Positions 30,847 to 41,607 are shown, numbered from the stretch's first letter. The stretch is 64,000 bases of DNA from Candidatus Obscuribacteraceae bacterium (GCA_044229845.1 JBGASG010000008.1:96001-160000), one strand, 5' to 3'. The notes: generated by a model from the sequence alone, not told the origin. Numbers and translations: made by a program.

Positions 30847-33800
30847 CTAACCGGCTTTGGTGGCTGCTTGATAGGTGACCATGCTATTTAGAAGTTCTTC
30901 CAAAAGATTGAGCTGCTCGACTGGATCTAGCCCTTCAGAGCGGACGAGCACATAAGGTGACGGACCGACGGCTCCAGCCGAGCCAGGTTTGTAGGTGGTG
31001 CGACTGCCAAGATGCTTGGGCAAGCGCTGCTGAATGGGCAGCCATGTCTGTAGGCGGTAATTGACGAGCAGGCGCAACCCCACCATATCAGGTTTGATCG
31101 CCGACACGCCCACCGAGCTGGCCAACAGGCGCAGTTTGACGATCTGGCAAAGCTGCTTCACTTCCACAGGCAATGGACCGAAACGATCGCGCCATTCTTC
31201 AGTGAGCATGATCAACTCGCGCTCGGACTTCACATCAGCAAGACGCTTGTACTCGATGATGCGATGCTGCGAATCTTCCACGTAGCTATCCGGGATGAAG
31301 GCCGTAACGTTGATATCTATCTGCGTGTCGTAGTCGCTGGAGACAGCCTGACCCTTCAGTTCGGCAACCGACTCTTCGAGCAGTTTGCAATAGAGGTCGA
31401 AGCCGACCGCCACCATGTGGCCGTGCTGTTCGGCACCAAGAATGTTGCCGACGCCGCGGATTTCCATATCACGCAAGGCGATTTGATAACCCGATCCCAG
31501 ACTTGTAAACTCGCGGATTGCCTTCAACCTGTTTTGCGCGGTATCGCTCAAGACACGCTCCGGACGGTAGAAGCAGTATGCATAAGCCTGCACATCCGAA
31601 CGCCCGACACGTCCGCGCAATTGATAGAGTTGCGCCAATCCCAATTTGTCGGCCGAGTCGACAATGATCGTGTTGCAGTTGGGAATGTCCAGACCCGATT
31701 CAATAATGGTTGTGCAGACGAGAATATCGGCTTCGTGATTGGCAAACGCCAGCATCACGTTTTCCAGATCTCGCTCATTCATCTGACCGTGTCCGACCAG
31801 GATCTTGGTGCCCGGCATCAGCTCTTGCAGTTCAAAAGCAATACCTTCGATGGTCTCCACTCGGTTATGGACGAAGAAAACCTGTCCGCCGCGTTCCAGT
31901 TCGTGCAATATGGCGGTGCGCACCACTTGCGGACGATATTCGCCGACGTAGGTCTTAATCGGTGCTCTGTTAATCGGCGGAGTGTTGATCAAAGACATAT
32001 CGCGGGCGCCGGAAAGCGCCATGTGCAGCGTGCGCGGGATTGGTGTCGCCGACATGGTGATCACGTCGACCATGACGCGCAGTTGTTTCAGTTTCTCCTT
32101 GTGACCGACACCGAAGCGGTGCTCTTCGTCGATCACCACCAGCCCCAGATCCTTGAAGAGGACGTCTTTCTGCAGCAGCCGGTGCGTTCCCACAACGACG
32201 TCGCATTCGCCGGTAGCCATGCGCCTGGCGGTTTCTCGCTGTTCCTTAGCTGTGCGGAAACGCGACAGCAGACCGACTCGTATCGGATACGCGGCGAATC
32301 TTTCCGCCATCGTATTGAAATGCTGCTGGGCAAGAATTGTAGTGGGCACCAGAATCACAGCCTGGCGACCCGACATAACAGTCTTGAAAATCGCGCGGAT
32401 GGCAACTTCGGTTTTGCCGAATCCGACGTCGCCGCAGATCAGGCGATCCATCGGCTTCACAGCTTCCATGTCGGACTTCACGTCTTGAATGGCTTGCCAC
32501 TGGTCGGGCGTTTCCTCATAGGGGAATGCCTCTTCCATTTCATACTGCCACGGCGTATCGGGGATGCTGGCGAAACCTTCTTGCTTAGCCCGCATCGCAT
32601 ACAAATTAGTCAGGTCCTCGGCAATTTGCTTGACTGACTTCTTGACGCGTTTTTTGGTGCTCTCCCAATCGGCGCCGCCCAATCGCGAAAGGCGCGGTAC
32701 GGTATCACCGGCGCCGCGATAACGCGACAACAGGTTGATCTGATCCACCGGCACATAGACCCGGTCTTCGCCCAGGTAATTGATGGTCAGATATTCACGC
32801 GTCTGCCCGTCGTAGGCGATGCGCTGGTTACCGACGAACTGTCCGATACCATGCTTGATGTGCACGACATAATCGCCGACCTGCAGATCGGAGACGCTGG
32901 TGAAGCGCTCGTAGTTCTTCTCCAGATTTGGCTTGCGATAGGTGGCGGGCTTGCGCTTCACACCGAAGAGTTCGGAATCAGTGACCGAAACCAGACGCAC
33001 ATCGTCCAGCCGGAAACCGCCCGTGAAACCCTGGCGAGTGATGCAAACTGCGTTGGAATTGGCCGAGGCGCCCAGCCCGTGTCCAGCCAGCGGGTTGTCT
33101 CCAGAACGGCTGACGCCCTCGCCGGGCGCCGCTGCGGCATCTTCCGCCGGGTCGCCGAGCACACCGCTGCCGGTGCGTCCTTCGGCGCCGGCGCTCAAAA
33201 ACGTGGCATCGCAATCCCATTCTTTGAGGAGACCGAGAACACGCTGCGCTTGCTCGGTAGAAACAACGACACGATAGCCGCCCGCCGTCCACTCTTTTAT
33301 GCGTGTGACGAACTGCTGCACATTGCTGTTGAAACGCTCGACGGAGGTGCACTCGAACCTGACGATACCCTGATTGGCACCAGACTCGGTGTCGTCGTAG
33401 CTGGATTCAACTCCGGGCATCTGCACAAGAAAGCCGCGCTGTTTCGCCTGCGACAACTCTGTGAATTCCGAAATGGTCAGGTGCAGTGGGCGCGGCAGGG
33501 GCAGCAGTCGTCCGTGGCTGGTGCCTTCGGTATACGCCTCCTCCATCTTTTGCTCGTAGCTCTTGAGCGCCATCGAGATCGTGTCCCATTCATCGAATAG
33601 AAGCAGCGCATCGTCAGGCATGTAATGCATGATGGTGGAGAACTGCTCGTGCACGTAAGGCGCGTAGTACTCGGTCGATTCCGGATACTGCGTGTTCTGC
33701 AGAGCGTGCTGGTCATTCTCCATCACGCAGCGCAAGGTTTCTCGCGCCTCATCGTCCAGGGCTGCCAGCGCTTTCTCAACTGCTTCAGCCAGGCGATCTT

Positions 33801-34551
33801 TGAATTCCTCCGGCTTATGCAAAACCACCCAGAAACGCGGCGGCACCGAGATCTCCGCAAGCTCTTCGACAGAGCGCTGTGTTTCAGTGGAGAAGGTGCG
33901 AATCGATTCGATTTCGTCACCAAACAACTCAATACGCACCGGCGGCCCGCAGGACGGGAAGATGTCGATGATATCGCCCCTGGTGCAGAACTCGCCACGC
34001 AGTGTGACCAGGTTTTCTTTGGTGTACCCCAGTTCAGCGACCTGGCGAGCCAGCTGGCGAATGTCGACCTGCTCACCCTTCTTGATGGTGAAGGTATTTT
34101 CCACCAGCGTCTGGCGATCGAGAACGCGCTGCACTAGGGCGCGCGCCGGCAATATGACGACATAGGGAGTCGTCGAACTTTGAGCGACGTGCTCGAGAAC
34201 CTCCATTTGCGCAGCGACCGTATCCGGGCTGTGCAGCACTTGCTCGTATGGCGACACTTCAGACGCCGGGTAAAGGAACACCGGAAACCGGCTGAGATTG
34301 CTGATTTCCTGAAAGTATCGCGATGCATGATTCTGGTCGGTGGCGACCAGGAAGAAGGGGCGCTTCACTTCGTGATGCAAAAGCGCCAGGATCAACGATT
34401 TGGCTGAATCAGACAGTCCGGTAATGTGCAGTTCACCGCGGGCGGCGCGCGCGGTGCGGGCTAACAGTTTGGCGTATTGAGAACACTCCAGGAACCGCGG
34501 ATGCAGCACCTGAGCCAGCATGTTATCTCGCATAGTCAACATCGATGTCAC
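30847..34551 (-). CDS. mfd: Transcription-repair coupling factor
   Basis: VHIKHGIG CarD-like domain, GDVGFGKTEVA, DEEHRFGV, QLRGRVGRS, TRCF C-terminus. Confidence 0.98.
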   Translation of the reverse strand: MTSMLTMRDNMLAQVLHPRFLECSQYAKLLARTARAARGELHITGLSDSAKSLILALLHHEVKRPFFLVATDQNHASRYFQEISNLSRFPVFLYPASEVSPYEQVLHSPDTVAAQMEVLEHVAQSSTTPYVVILPARALVQRVLDRQTLVENTFTIKKGEQVDIRQLARQVAELGYTKENLVTLRGEFCTRGDIIDIFPSCGPPVRIELFGDEIESIRTFSTETQRSVEELAEISVPPRFWVVLHKPEEFKDRLAEAVEKALAALDDEARETLRCVMENDQHALQNTQYPESTEYYAPYVHEQFSTIMHYMPDDALLLFDEWDTISMALKSYEQKMEEAYTEGTSHGRLLPLPRPLHLTISEFTELSQAKQRGFLVQMPGVESSYDDTESGANQGIVRFECTSVERFNSNVQQFVTRIKEWTAGGYRVVVSTEQAQRVLGLLKEWDCDATFLSAGAEGRTGSGVLGDPAEDAAAAPGEGVSRSGDNPLAGHGLGASANSNAVCITRQGFTGGFRLDDVRLVSVTDSELFGVKRKPATYRKPNLEKNYERFTSVSDLQVGDYVVHIKHGIGQFVGNQRIAYDGQTREYLTINYLGEDRVYVPVDQINLLSRYRGAGDTVPRLSRLGGADWESTKKRVKKSVKQIAEDLTNLYAMRAKQEGFASIPDTPWQYEMEEAFPYEETPDQWQAIQDVKSDMEAVKPMDRLICGDVGFGKTEVAIRAIFKTVMSGRQAVILVPTTILAQQHFNTMAERFAAYPIRVGLLSRFRTAKEQRETARRMATGECDVVVGTHRLLQKDVLFKDLGLVVIDEEHRFGVGHKEKLKQLRVMVDVITMSATPIPRTLHMALSGARDMSLINTPPINRAPIKTYVGEYRPQVVRTAILHELERGGQVFFVHNRVETIEGIAFELQELMPGTKILVGHGQMNERDLENVMLAFANHEADILVCTTIIESGLDIPNCNTIIVDSADKLGLAQLYQLRGRVGRSDVQAYAYCFYRPERVLSDTAQNRLKAIREFTSLGSGYQIALRDMEIRGVGNILGAEQHGHMVAVGFDLYCKLLEESVAELKGQAVSSDYDTQIDINVTAFIPDSYVEDSQHRIIEYKRLADVKSERELIMLTEEWRDRFGPLPVEVKQLCQIVKLRLLASSVGVSAIKPDMVGLRLLVNYRLQTWLPIQQRLPKHLGSRTTYKPGSAGAVGPSPYVLVRSEGLDPVEQLNLLEELLNSMVTYQAATKAG

Positions 34552-34836
34552 CAGTGGGTTTCCTCTTTGTGTGCCGACAGCAGGAGCCGCACGCCGCCAG
34601 TTGATGGCTGAAGAGCGTGTGGTTTAGATTGGCGAATAACGCGATATGCACGCCGAGTGCGCCTTCCCCGTCAAGCGAACTGGTAATTTTACCACATAGA
34701 AACGCCCGTTTGGCTGGTTGCCAAGAGCGTCATCCACCCGACTTCAGGCTGTCCGCAGCGCATTAACCCATAAATGCCCGATTGCCGTGGCGCCGGAAGC
34801 GATTTAGACTGAAATCTGTCAGGGAATGAAGGAAAT

Positions 34837-36312
34837 ATGGGAAATATCTTCCTCAATTTCGTAACTATCCTTTGCGGTCGCCGGTCGACGCGGGGCGTGG
34901 CAAAACCGGCGGTGTGCCTGATTGCGGGCATTGTCCTGGCTGCCGGCAGTCCGTCCCCAGTTGCGGCATTCGACATATTTGGCGGAGCCGAGGCTTTGCT
35001 GCGTGAAGGGCAAGACTTACTGGAGCAGGGAAAACTTTTAGAAGCCCGCCAGTTGCTGGAACAAGCAATTCAGAAAGACCCGCAAAATGCGGAAGCTTAC
35101 GCCACGCTGGGCACCTGCCTCGAACGTCAGGAAGCGCCGCGTCTGGCAGAACAAGCCTACAAACAAGCCATCAAGCTTGACCCGCAAAACAAGCCGGCGC
35201 TCAACAATCTCGCCACGCTCTACTGGGTGCGCATGAAGCGATATCCGGAATCGGTGGAACTGCTCAAGAAGGTGATCGAACTCGATCCGCAGAGCAAAGA
35301 AGCTTATGTCAGCCTGGGCGCTGCCTACAACTTCTGGGCAGCCAACGATAAGTCGCTGTCCGAACAGCAAAAGGCCGCCACCTATCAAGAAGCGATCAAA
35401 GCCTTTCAGGAAGCCATTCACATAGATCCTGACTTTGCAAAAGCGCACGCCAATCTCGGGCAATGTTATCTATTCATGGGACGAGCGGCTGATGCGGAGC
35501 GGGAGTTGCAGAAGGCACTCAATCTCGAACCGACCTACGCCTTCGCGCACTTCAATCTCGCTGAGTTGTACGAGGCGCAGGACAAGCTGCAGCAAGCCAT
35601 GCAGCATTACCGCGCTTCGTATGAAAACGAACAGTATGAGTCGAATCGACTGGCCACCATGCGCCATATCGAGCGCGTTGAGCTGAAGATGGGAACGGCC
35701 AAGCTGCTTTCCGTCGCCAACGTGAAGATGAGCCAGGGCAAGTGGGCTGAGGCGGCAGATGCGTTTGCCAACGCGATGAGCGACCCGCGCTCGACTGCAC
35801 CACGCAGTCCGGTCGCCTGGAACAATTACGGTTATGTGCTGGCGCGTCTGGGCAAGCACACTGAAGCTGTGCAGAAATTCGGCAAAGCGACGGCGATGAA
35901 ACCGCCTTTACCGGCTGCCTTCTACAATCTGGGGCATTCGCTATTGATGCTGGGCGACAAGGCTGGAGCGGAACGGGCTTTCAATGCCGCTGTGCGAGCC
36001 GGCGGTGGTCAGCACGCGCTGGCGCACAACTCGCTCGGCATACTGCTCAAGGACCGCGGCAAGTGCGCGGAGGCGTGCCATGAATACAAACTGGCAATCA
36101 TGCAATCGGGCGACGAATTGCACGTGACGCACTACAACTGGGGGCTCTGCTACGAGAAGATGGGCAAGCCGGATAAGGCTTTACATCATTATCGGGTCTA
36201 TTTGAATACCGCATCGCCCGCCTCCCCCAACCGACCACGAGTACAGGCGCGGGCTGACAAGCTGACCGCCCAGGGCGTTAAGCTGACCCCGTCTTCAGCG
36301 CAAGACGACTAG
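34837..36312 (+). CDS. Exported TPR-repeat protein
   Basis: Signal-like N-terminus and multiple TPRs. Confidence 0.88.
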   Translation: MGNIFLNFVTILCGRRSTRGVAKPAVCLIAGIVLAAGSPSPVAAFDIFGGAEALLREGQDLLEQGKLLEARQLLEQAIQKDPQNAEAYATLGTCLERQEAPRLAEQAYKQAIKLDPQNKPALNNLATLYWVRMKRYPESVELLKKVIELDPQSKEAYVSLGAAYNFWAANDKSLSEQQKAATYQEAIKAFQEAIHIDPDFAKAHANLGQCYLFMGRAADAERELQKALNLEPTYAFAHFNLAELYEAQDKLQQAMQHYRASYENEQYESNRLATMRHIERVELKMGTAKLLSVANVKMSQGKWAEAADAFANAMSDPRSTAPRSPVAWNNYGYVLARLGKHTEAVQKFGKATAMKPPLPAAFYNLGHSLLMLGDKAGAERAFNAAVRAGGGQHALAHNSLGILLKDRGKCAEACHEYKLAIMQSGDELHVTHYNWGLCYEKMGKPDKALHHYRVYLNTASPASPNRPRVQARADKLTAQGVKLTPSSAQDD

Positions 36313-36366
36313 CGCGCCTGGCAGTGCAGCGAGCGCTCTCCACCGGCGACCGCTCGTTCCCCCATA

Positions 36367-36503
36367 TCTGTCAAGTTTTGCCCCCGCCGAGTTGACAAAA
36401 CAGCGTTCGCAACACCAATTTGTCAACTTTTTCGACTTCCGGGTTGACAAAAAGCCGGTCGCAGCCCGGATCTGTCAACTTTTTTGATTTAGAAGTTGAC
36501 AAA
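36367..36503. repeat. Array of three TGTCAA-N17-TTGACA inverted-repeat units at 52-bp pitch (copy 2)
   Basis: TGTCAA at 36369, 36421, 36473; TTGACA at 36392, 36444, 36496. Confidence 0.9.
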
Positions 36504-36672
36504 CCATCGGGCTCCAATATGGTTATTGCGCGCGATTCCGCGAGAAACACTGTAACGGACACAATGACAAGTGTTTGGCTTTTGTAGTAGATTGAATATC
36601 TGCGCGGCGTATTTCGACTTCGACCAGATCGAAGTGCAATCTTCGATTTCAAGGAAAACAGGAAGCACCACC

Positions 36673-37821
36673 GTGACCACGCACGAAACAGATAGAACAC
36701 AAGAACTGGAAGCAGTGCTGGAATGCTCACTGGCCGCCCGCAAAAACGCGGGTCCGGTGACGAAGAGTGCCACACGCGTTGCAGTTTGCATGAGTGGTGG
36801 CGTTGACAGCAGCGTGACGGCATTGCTATTGCAAAAAGCAGGTTATGACGTCGTGGGAGTGACGGGCTGGCTGATCAAGTCGGGCTCGCGTTGCTGCGAT
36901 ACGGGCATGATCGATGCAGCCCGGGTTTGCGAACAACTGGGTGTCGAGCACCACGCCGTCGATCTGCGCGAAATGTTCAAGTCCAACATCATTGATAACT
37001 TCCATCAATCCTACGCGCAAGCGCGTACACCTCTGCCTTGCAGCATGTGCAACACGCTGGTGAAGTGGGGCGCGCTTCTGCAATTCGGCAAGAAAGTGTT
37101 GGGAGCCAGCTATGTGGCCACCGGTCACTACGGGCGCGTAGAACGCCGCGATGACGGCACAGTCAGACTGGCTCGCTCACGCGATCTCAAAAAGGATCAA
37201 TCATACGTACTCTGGGGCATCACCCGCGAACAACTGGCGGAAACACTGCTTCCTCTGGGCGACTACACGAAGGAAGAAATTCGCGCCATCGCTGAAGAGG
37301 CAGGACTTGTGGTGGCAAATCGTCCGGACAGCCAGGACCTCTGCTTCATTCCACAAGGCACAACCACACAACAATATCTGGCCGTCTTCCTGCCCGAAAA
37401 GCCCGGTCCCATCGTGCACACGATCACGGGCGACGTATTGGGTGGACATACGGGTACTCACAATTTCACGATCGGGCAACGGCGCGGAATCGGCATCGCC
37501 AATCCGGAGCCGCTCTACGTCACATCTATAGATCCGGATATGAACACTGTATATGTCGGACCCAAAGAAGCGCTTTTGCGCTGCGAGCTGACCGCCTCCG
37601 AGATTAACTGGCTGACGCCGGATGTACCCACACAACCGTTTCGCGCGCTGGCAAAAATCCGCTACAACAGTCCTACGGAGAAAGCTCTGATTACGCCGCT
37701 TGCCGACGGACGCGTGCAAGTCGTTTTTGACAATCCACAACCGGCGATAACTCCAGGACAGGTACTTGGAATTTACGATGACACCGACACCTATATATTG
37801 GGTGGAGGTTGGATAGACTGA
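36673..37821 (+). CDS. mnmA: tRNA-specific 2-thiouridylase
   Basis: MSGGVDSS, ATGHY, KDQSY, DSQDLCF, TIGQRRG, ITPGQ; probable GTG start at 36673 after AGGAAG. Confidence 0.96.
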   Translation: MTTHETDRTQELEAVLECSLAARKNAGPVTKSATRVAVCMSGGVDSSVTALLLQKAGYDVVGVTGWLIKSGSRCCDTGMIDAARVCEQLGVEHHAVDLREMFKSNIIDNFHQSYAQARTPLPCSMCNTLVKWGALLQFGKKVLGASYVATGHYGRVERRDDGTVRLARSRDLKKDQSYVLWGITREQLAETLLPLGDYTKEEIRAIAEEAGLVVANRPDSQDLCFIPQGTTTQQYLAVFLPEKPGPIVHTITGDVLGGHTGTHNFTIGQRRGIGIANPEPLYVTSIDPDMNTVYVGPKEALLRCELTASEINWLTPDVPTQPFRALAKIRYNSPTEKALITPLADGRVQVVFDNPQPAITPGQVLGIYDDTDTYILGGGWID

Positions 37822-37899
37822 TTCCAAGGCGATCCAGACAGGTTTTGCCCGATCGTTTATAATCAAGCCTGAGTAATTTCCATCAGCGTTGAGCGAGTT

Positions 37900-38985
37900 T
37901 TGATGGGCAAGTTTCGCATTCAGGCGATTCGATCGACAGCCGCGGTGGCGGCAGCGTTTCTTGCCACCATGCTCACGCCCTTTATGCCTGATTTTTCGGC
38001 GTTCGACAACTGTGGCGACGGCATAACCATTAATGCCAACGCAGCGGCGCAAGCCCGTCGCGGGCGGTCATCCGCCAGTTCATCGCGTCGGCGCGCCCCA
38101 GCGAGCAGGCGCGGCGGCACGTCGTCCCGCGGCAGACGCGGCGCGCGCAGCACCGGGCACCATGGGCGGTATCGCCATGCCGTGCACGCGGCTCCAAAAC
38201 CGCGTTATGCGTACCCGCTGGATTTCTTCTCCTACAAAACCTCCGACTACGATCACAGCCCACTCGATGCCGACACGGCGGCGAAGGTGCGCGAAGCGTT
38301 TCGTATCGGCACGGCCGATGTCTACCCGCCTAACTTCCTGGTGCGGTCCGGTACAGTCTTCCATTACCCGCTGCGTGGTGGCATCTTCAAACGGCGCGAT
38401 ACCGTTAAATACATCGTGGTCCACTCGACAGAAACCGGTGTGCCTCAAGATGCGAAACACGTCATCGATGCCTGGTCGTCCGGCGGTCGCCGACATCCCG
38501 GCACCCAATACATTATCGATCGTGACGGCACCATCTATCAACCTGTGCACCCGGATTGGGGCACCGTGCACGTCAACATCTTCAAGACCCTGCCGGGCAT
38601 CAACAACGACAACACCATCGGTATTGAAATGTGCCACTGGGGACACATCACTTACCCGTCCGAACAACGCCAGGCGTGCAAAATGCTGGTCGCTTACCTG
38701 CAAGATCGGTATCACGTTCTGGACGAGAACGTGATCACGCACCGTTATGCGCAACAGGGAGATCACACAGACCCGGTTGCTTTCGACTGGGAAGGTTTCC
38801 TGGCTCAAAAAAATCAGTTCAGACTGGCGGCCCAGCCGCTCAAGCGCCCGGCGGCAGGAGAAGAGCTCCCCGATTTCGACTTCCCGACCGCATCCGTATA
38901 TATGGAAATACACGGACCGCTGAAAGACATCCCGGCCAGCGACACCCAGCAGAGCAGTGCCGCGCCCCTTCCTGGCGGTCTTTGA
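37900..38985 (+). CDS. N-acetylmuramoyl-L-alanine amidase (Amidase_2) with signal peptide and Arg-rich linker
   Basis: IVVHSTE, YIIDRDG, IGIE, ITH...HTDP zinc-amidase pattern. Confidence 0.8.
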   Translation: MMGKFRIQAIRSTAAVAAAFLATMLTPFMPDFSAFDNCGDGITINANAAAQARRGRSSASSSRRRAPASRRGGTSSRGRRGARSTGHHGRYRHAVHAAPKPRYAYPLDFFSYKTSDYDHSPLDADTAAKVREAFRIGTADVYPPNFLVRSGTVFHYPLRGGIFKRRDTVKYIVVHSTETGVPQDAKHVIDAWSSGGRRHPGTQYIIDRDGTIYQPVHPDWGTVHVNIFKTLPGINNDNTIGIEMCHWGHITYPSEQRQACKMLVAYLQDRYHVLDENVITHRYAQQGDHTDPVAFDWEGFLAQKNQFRLAAQPLKRPAAGEELPDFDFPTASVYMEIHGPLKDIPASDTQQSSAAPLPGGL

Positions 38986-39117
38986 ACTGCTGAGTTCAAA
39001 AAATCTGGGAATTTTTTGACATTTAATGCAAAACCTTTGAACTTTTTGAGGGGGTCGAGCGTTTTAGATCCTGTGGTCACCGGCAGAGACCGGTGAAGGA
39101 AACAAGGAGCGAACGCA

Positions 39118-39798
39118 ATGAAAACCCCCATATTCGTAGCAGTGGCAGCGGTTCTGGGTCTGGCAATGGCCCCCGTGATGGCGCAGGAGTCTCGACTTTC
39201 TCCAGCAATCGCCAGCGATTCGTCACCAGATTTGATCGCACAGCTTTCGACAACCGCTTCAGTGCCGGATAAGAAGAAGTTCGAGCTGTCGACGGAACAG
39301 TTGGAAAAATTGCATGCATTGAAAAACCAGTACAGCACCGCCAACAGCGCCAAGAAAGCTGAACTGAAGACTTTGAAAGGGCAACTGCGCGATGTGCTGA
39401 CGGCGGTTTCCGTCGACAAATCGCAAGCCTTGTCTCTGCAGGGCAAAATCAACGCCATCAAAGCCGATCTGGCTAACAGCCGCGTCAGCTTCATGGCTGA
39501 TGCCAGCACCGTGTTCACCACCGAGCAACGCCAGCAAATGCATCGTCGCGCTCTCATGCGTGGCATGGGCGGACATAGACACCACGGTGGTGGTGGCGGA
39601 TGCGGTGGCGGCTTCCGTGGTGGCAAAGGTCATCATGGCGGCGGACACGGCGGCTTCCATGGCAAACGCGGTTTCGGCGGTCCTGCTGGACCCGGCGTCC
39701 CCGGCGTCCCCGGCGGACCGGCAGGCTCAGCCAGCATCGATGGACCGGACAGCACCGCCAACACCATGCCGGAAGTCCCTGCTGACGACAACTCATAG
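39118..39798 (+). CDS. Spy/CpxP-family periplasmic protein with a Gly/His-rich tail
   Basis: Signal peptide; LSTEQ and FTTEQR (LTxxQ-like) motifs. Confidence 0.75.
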   Translation: MKTPIFVAVAAVLGLAMAPVMAQESRLSPAIASDSSPDLIAQLSTTASVPDKKKFELSTEQLEKLHALKNQYSTANSAKKAELKTLKGQLRDVLTAVSVDKSQALSLQGKINAIKADLANSRVSFMADASTVFTTEQRQQMHRRALMRGMGGHRHHGGGGGCGGGFRGGKGHHGGGHGGFHGKRGFGGPAGPGVPGVPGGPAGSASIDGPDSTANTMPEVPADDNS

Positions 39799-39848
39799 TT
39801 CATTCAAGTTGACGGGATAAGCACCGACGCGGTGCTGCTATGTGGACC

Positions 39849-39878
39849 GAGGGCGGAACACTTTGTGTTCCGCTTTCG
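39849..39878 (+). terminator. Intrinsic terminator after the Spy/CpxP gene
   Basis: GCGGAACAC-TTT-GTGTTCCGC followed by TTTC. Confidence 0.65.
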
Positions 39879-40176
39879 ATTTGCTGTCCAATTCAATCCG
39901 CCGGCGGATATATATATCACTCGGCGGTTCCCACCACATCACCCGGTCGCGGGAGAGTATTGCTTTGACAGAAATCGGCAAACATCAAGCCCAGGATTAC
40001 GTGCCTCAATTGCAGGAATTTTTCAAAGCCTAGAACAATATACTCAACACGCCACCACCGGCGGAGCTGGTGCAATAAAAAGGCGCTGAATGAAAGAAAC
40101 GCGACACGTCTCCGCGTCGCGCTTCAATTCTTAGCTGTTCACTTTGGTGCTTAGCACCGATCCCGACAGTCCGCTT

Positions 40177-40878
40177 TTAGAAGAAACGGTTGCCGCCACG
40201 TGCAGCAATCGCATTGTTCAAGCGCTGATCCAGATTTTTCAGACGACGCACCAGTCCATTGCCGCGACCGTAGTTGCCGTTCATGGCACGCTGGTTCATA
40301 CGGCTGATGATGTCGTTGTATTCGTTACGCATCGCCACAGCCTCGCCGGGCGAGATGACACCACGCTGGCGAGCGCGTTCGATACGCATGCTCAAGCCGT
40401 TTCTCCAGTTGGTTAGCTGACTGTAGTTGTTGAAGCTATAGTCGAAGTTCGGATGGTAGCCAAGACGGCTGTTGCCGTTATAGTTGCTTCCGTAAGGACC
40501 GCCGTAGTTGCCGCCCCAATAGCCGTTGCCGGCGACGTTGGTGGCACTGTTGTTGACCGCGGAAGATATGTGTGCGTTCAAATTATTGAATGAATTCAAC
40601 AACGAACTGACTTCGTTTTGCGAATATCCACCAGCGGCATATAAATTCCGCATGGACATGATATCGTTGAGTTCACCGCGCAGCTGAGCTGCTTCCGCCG
40701 GGGTGATGTGCCCCGAATTGATGCCGGTAGAAATCTGATTCTCGTAGTTCGCAAATCCCGTCTCCATGTTGTTATCAATCATGGCTTGGTTGGGATCATA
40801 AGCATTCGCCGGCTGGAGATTGATTCCCAGCGCCACCATGGCGACCAGACCGACGGAAGCAAGTTTATCAATACGCAT
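40177..40878 (-). CDS. Secreted Asn/Gly-rich hypothetical protein with two internal helical repeats
   Basis: GGAGG RBS before ATG at 40878; signal peptide ending ANA; GHITPAEAAQLR and GVISPGEAVAMR repeats. Confidence 0.75.
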   Translation of the reverse strand: MRIDKLASVGLVAMVALGINLQPANAYDPNQAMIDNNMETGFANYENQISTGINSGHITPAEAAQLRGELNDIMSMRNLYAAGGYSQNEVSSLLNSFNNLNAHISSAVNNSATNVAGNGYWGGNYGGPYGSNYNGNSRLGYHPNFDYSFNNYSQLTNWRNGLSMRIERARQRGVISPGEAVAMRNEYNDIISRMNQRAMNGNYGRGNGLVRRLKNLDQRLNNAIAARGGNRFF

Positions 40879-41028
40879 AATAGCCTCCAGTTCCTTATAT
40901 AGAAGGGCAATTCTTGCTCGCAGAGCTTTGCCGCTTACCGGACTTCGACGAAGTACGTCGGCAACAGTTCCGATTAAACCTGCCGGCTGGATGGGAACAT
41001 GCATGCGCCTGCGGGAACAGGACGATTT

Positions 41029-41607
41029 CTAAATCAGCGGGAAATTCTCTAAGGCTTCGTAGGCACCGCCCGTTCCCAGATGACTCTCAATCAAAGAAAT
41101 CATCTGTATATCTAAAGAAACGGGCAGGCTATCGGCGAGCGGAAAGAATTCCGGCAGCTCCAGCCGCTGCTTGCCGCCTACGCCATCGAAGCGCATGAGC
41201 GTTATGTGTGGACGGTATCGTTTGTCTTCGTGCTCCGCCCATTTGCGGCAGCGACTCTTGAGCGCGGTCGCCAGCTGCATAACCGGCTGGGGGACAGTCT
41301 CAGGTTGCAGCACCAGCATGCGCGCGCCGCGAGCTCTGGGCCAAAACGTCGGGGTAGCAAATTGCATTTGCATCGGTCCGTGATGGCGCGCTTCCTCAGC
41401 GCAGATGGTGCGGATTTCTTCAATCTCCGCCGACGACACCGACCCGATAAAAAACCAGGTCAGATGTAATTTTTCAGGGCGGACAAACCGCAACTTGCAT
41501 TGCCACTGCTCAGTCAATTGCGCTTCGCATTCGCGCAGTCGCCCCAGACGCTCCTGATCCGGCGCGGCAAGAAACGTGCCGATGAAGACGCGCCGCCGGT
41601 CGGTCAC
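41029..41607 (-). CDS. thpR: RNA 2',3'-cyclic phosphodiesterase (2H phosphoesterase)
   Basis: Two HxT motifs (KLHLTW, PHITL). Confidence 0.88.
   Translation of the reverse strand: MTDRRRVFIGTFLAAPDQERLGRLRECEAQLTEQWQCKLRFVRPEKLHLTWFFIGSVSSAEIEEIRTICAEEARHHGPMQMQFATPTFWPRARGARMLVLQPETVPQPVMQLATALKSRCRKWAEHEDKRYRPHITLMRFDGVGGKQRLELPEFFPLADSLPVSLDIQMISLIESHLGTGGAYEALENFPLI

Noticed and set aside
39832..40089. Short ORFs between the Spy/CpxP gene and the secreted protein
   Set aside because: They overlap a terminator hairpin, lack an RBS and show no recognisable features.
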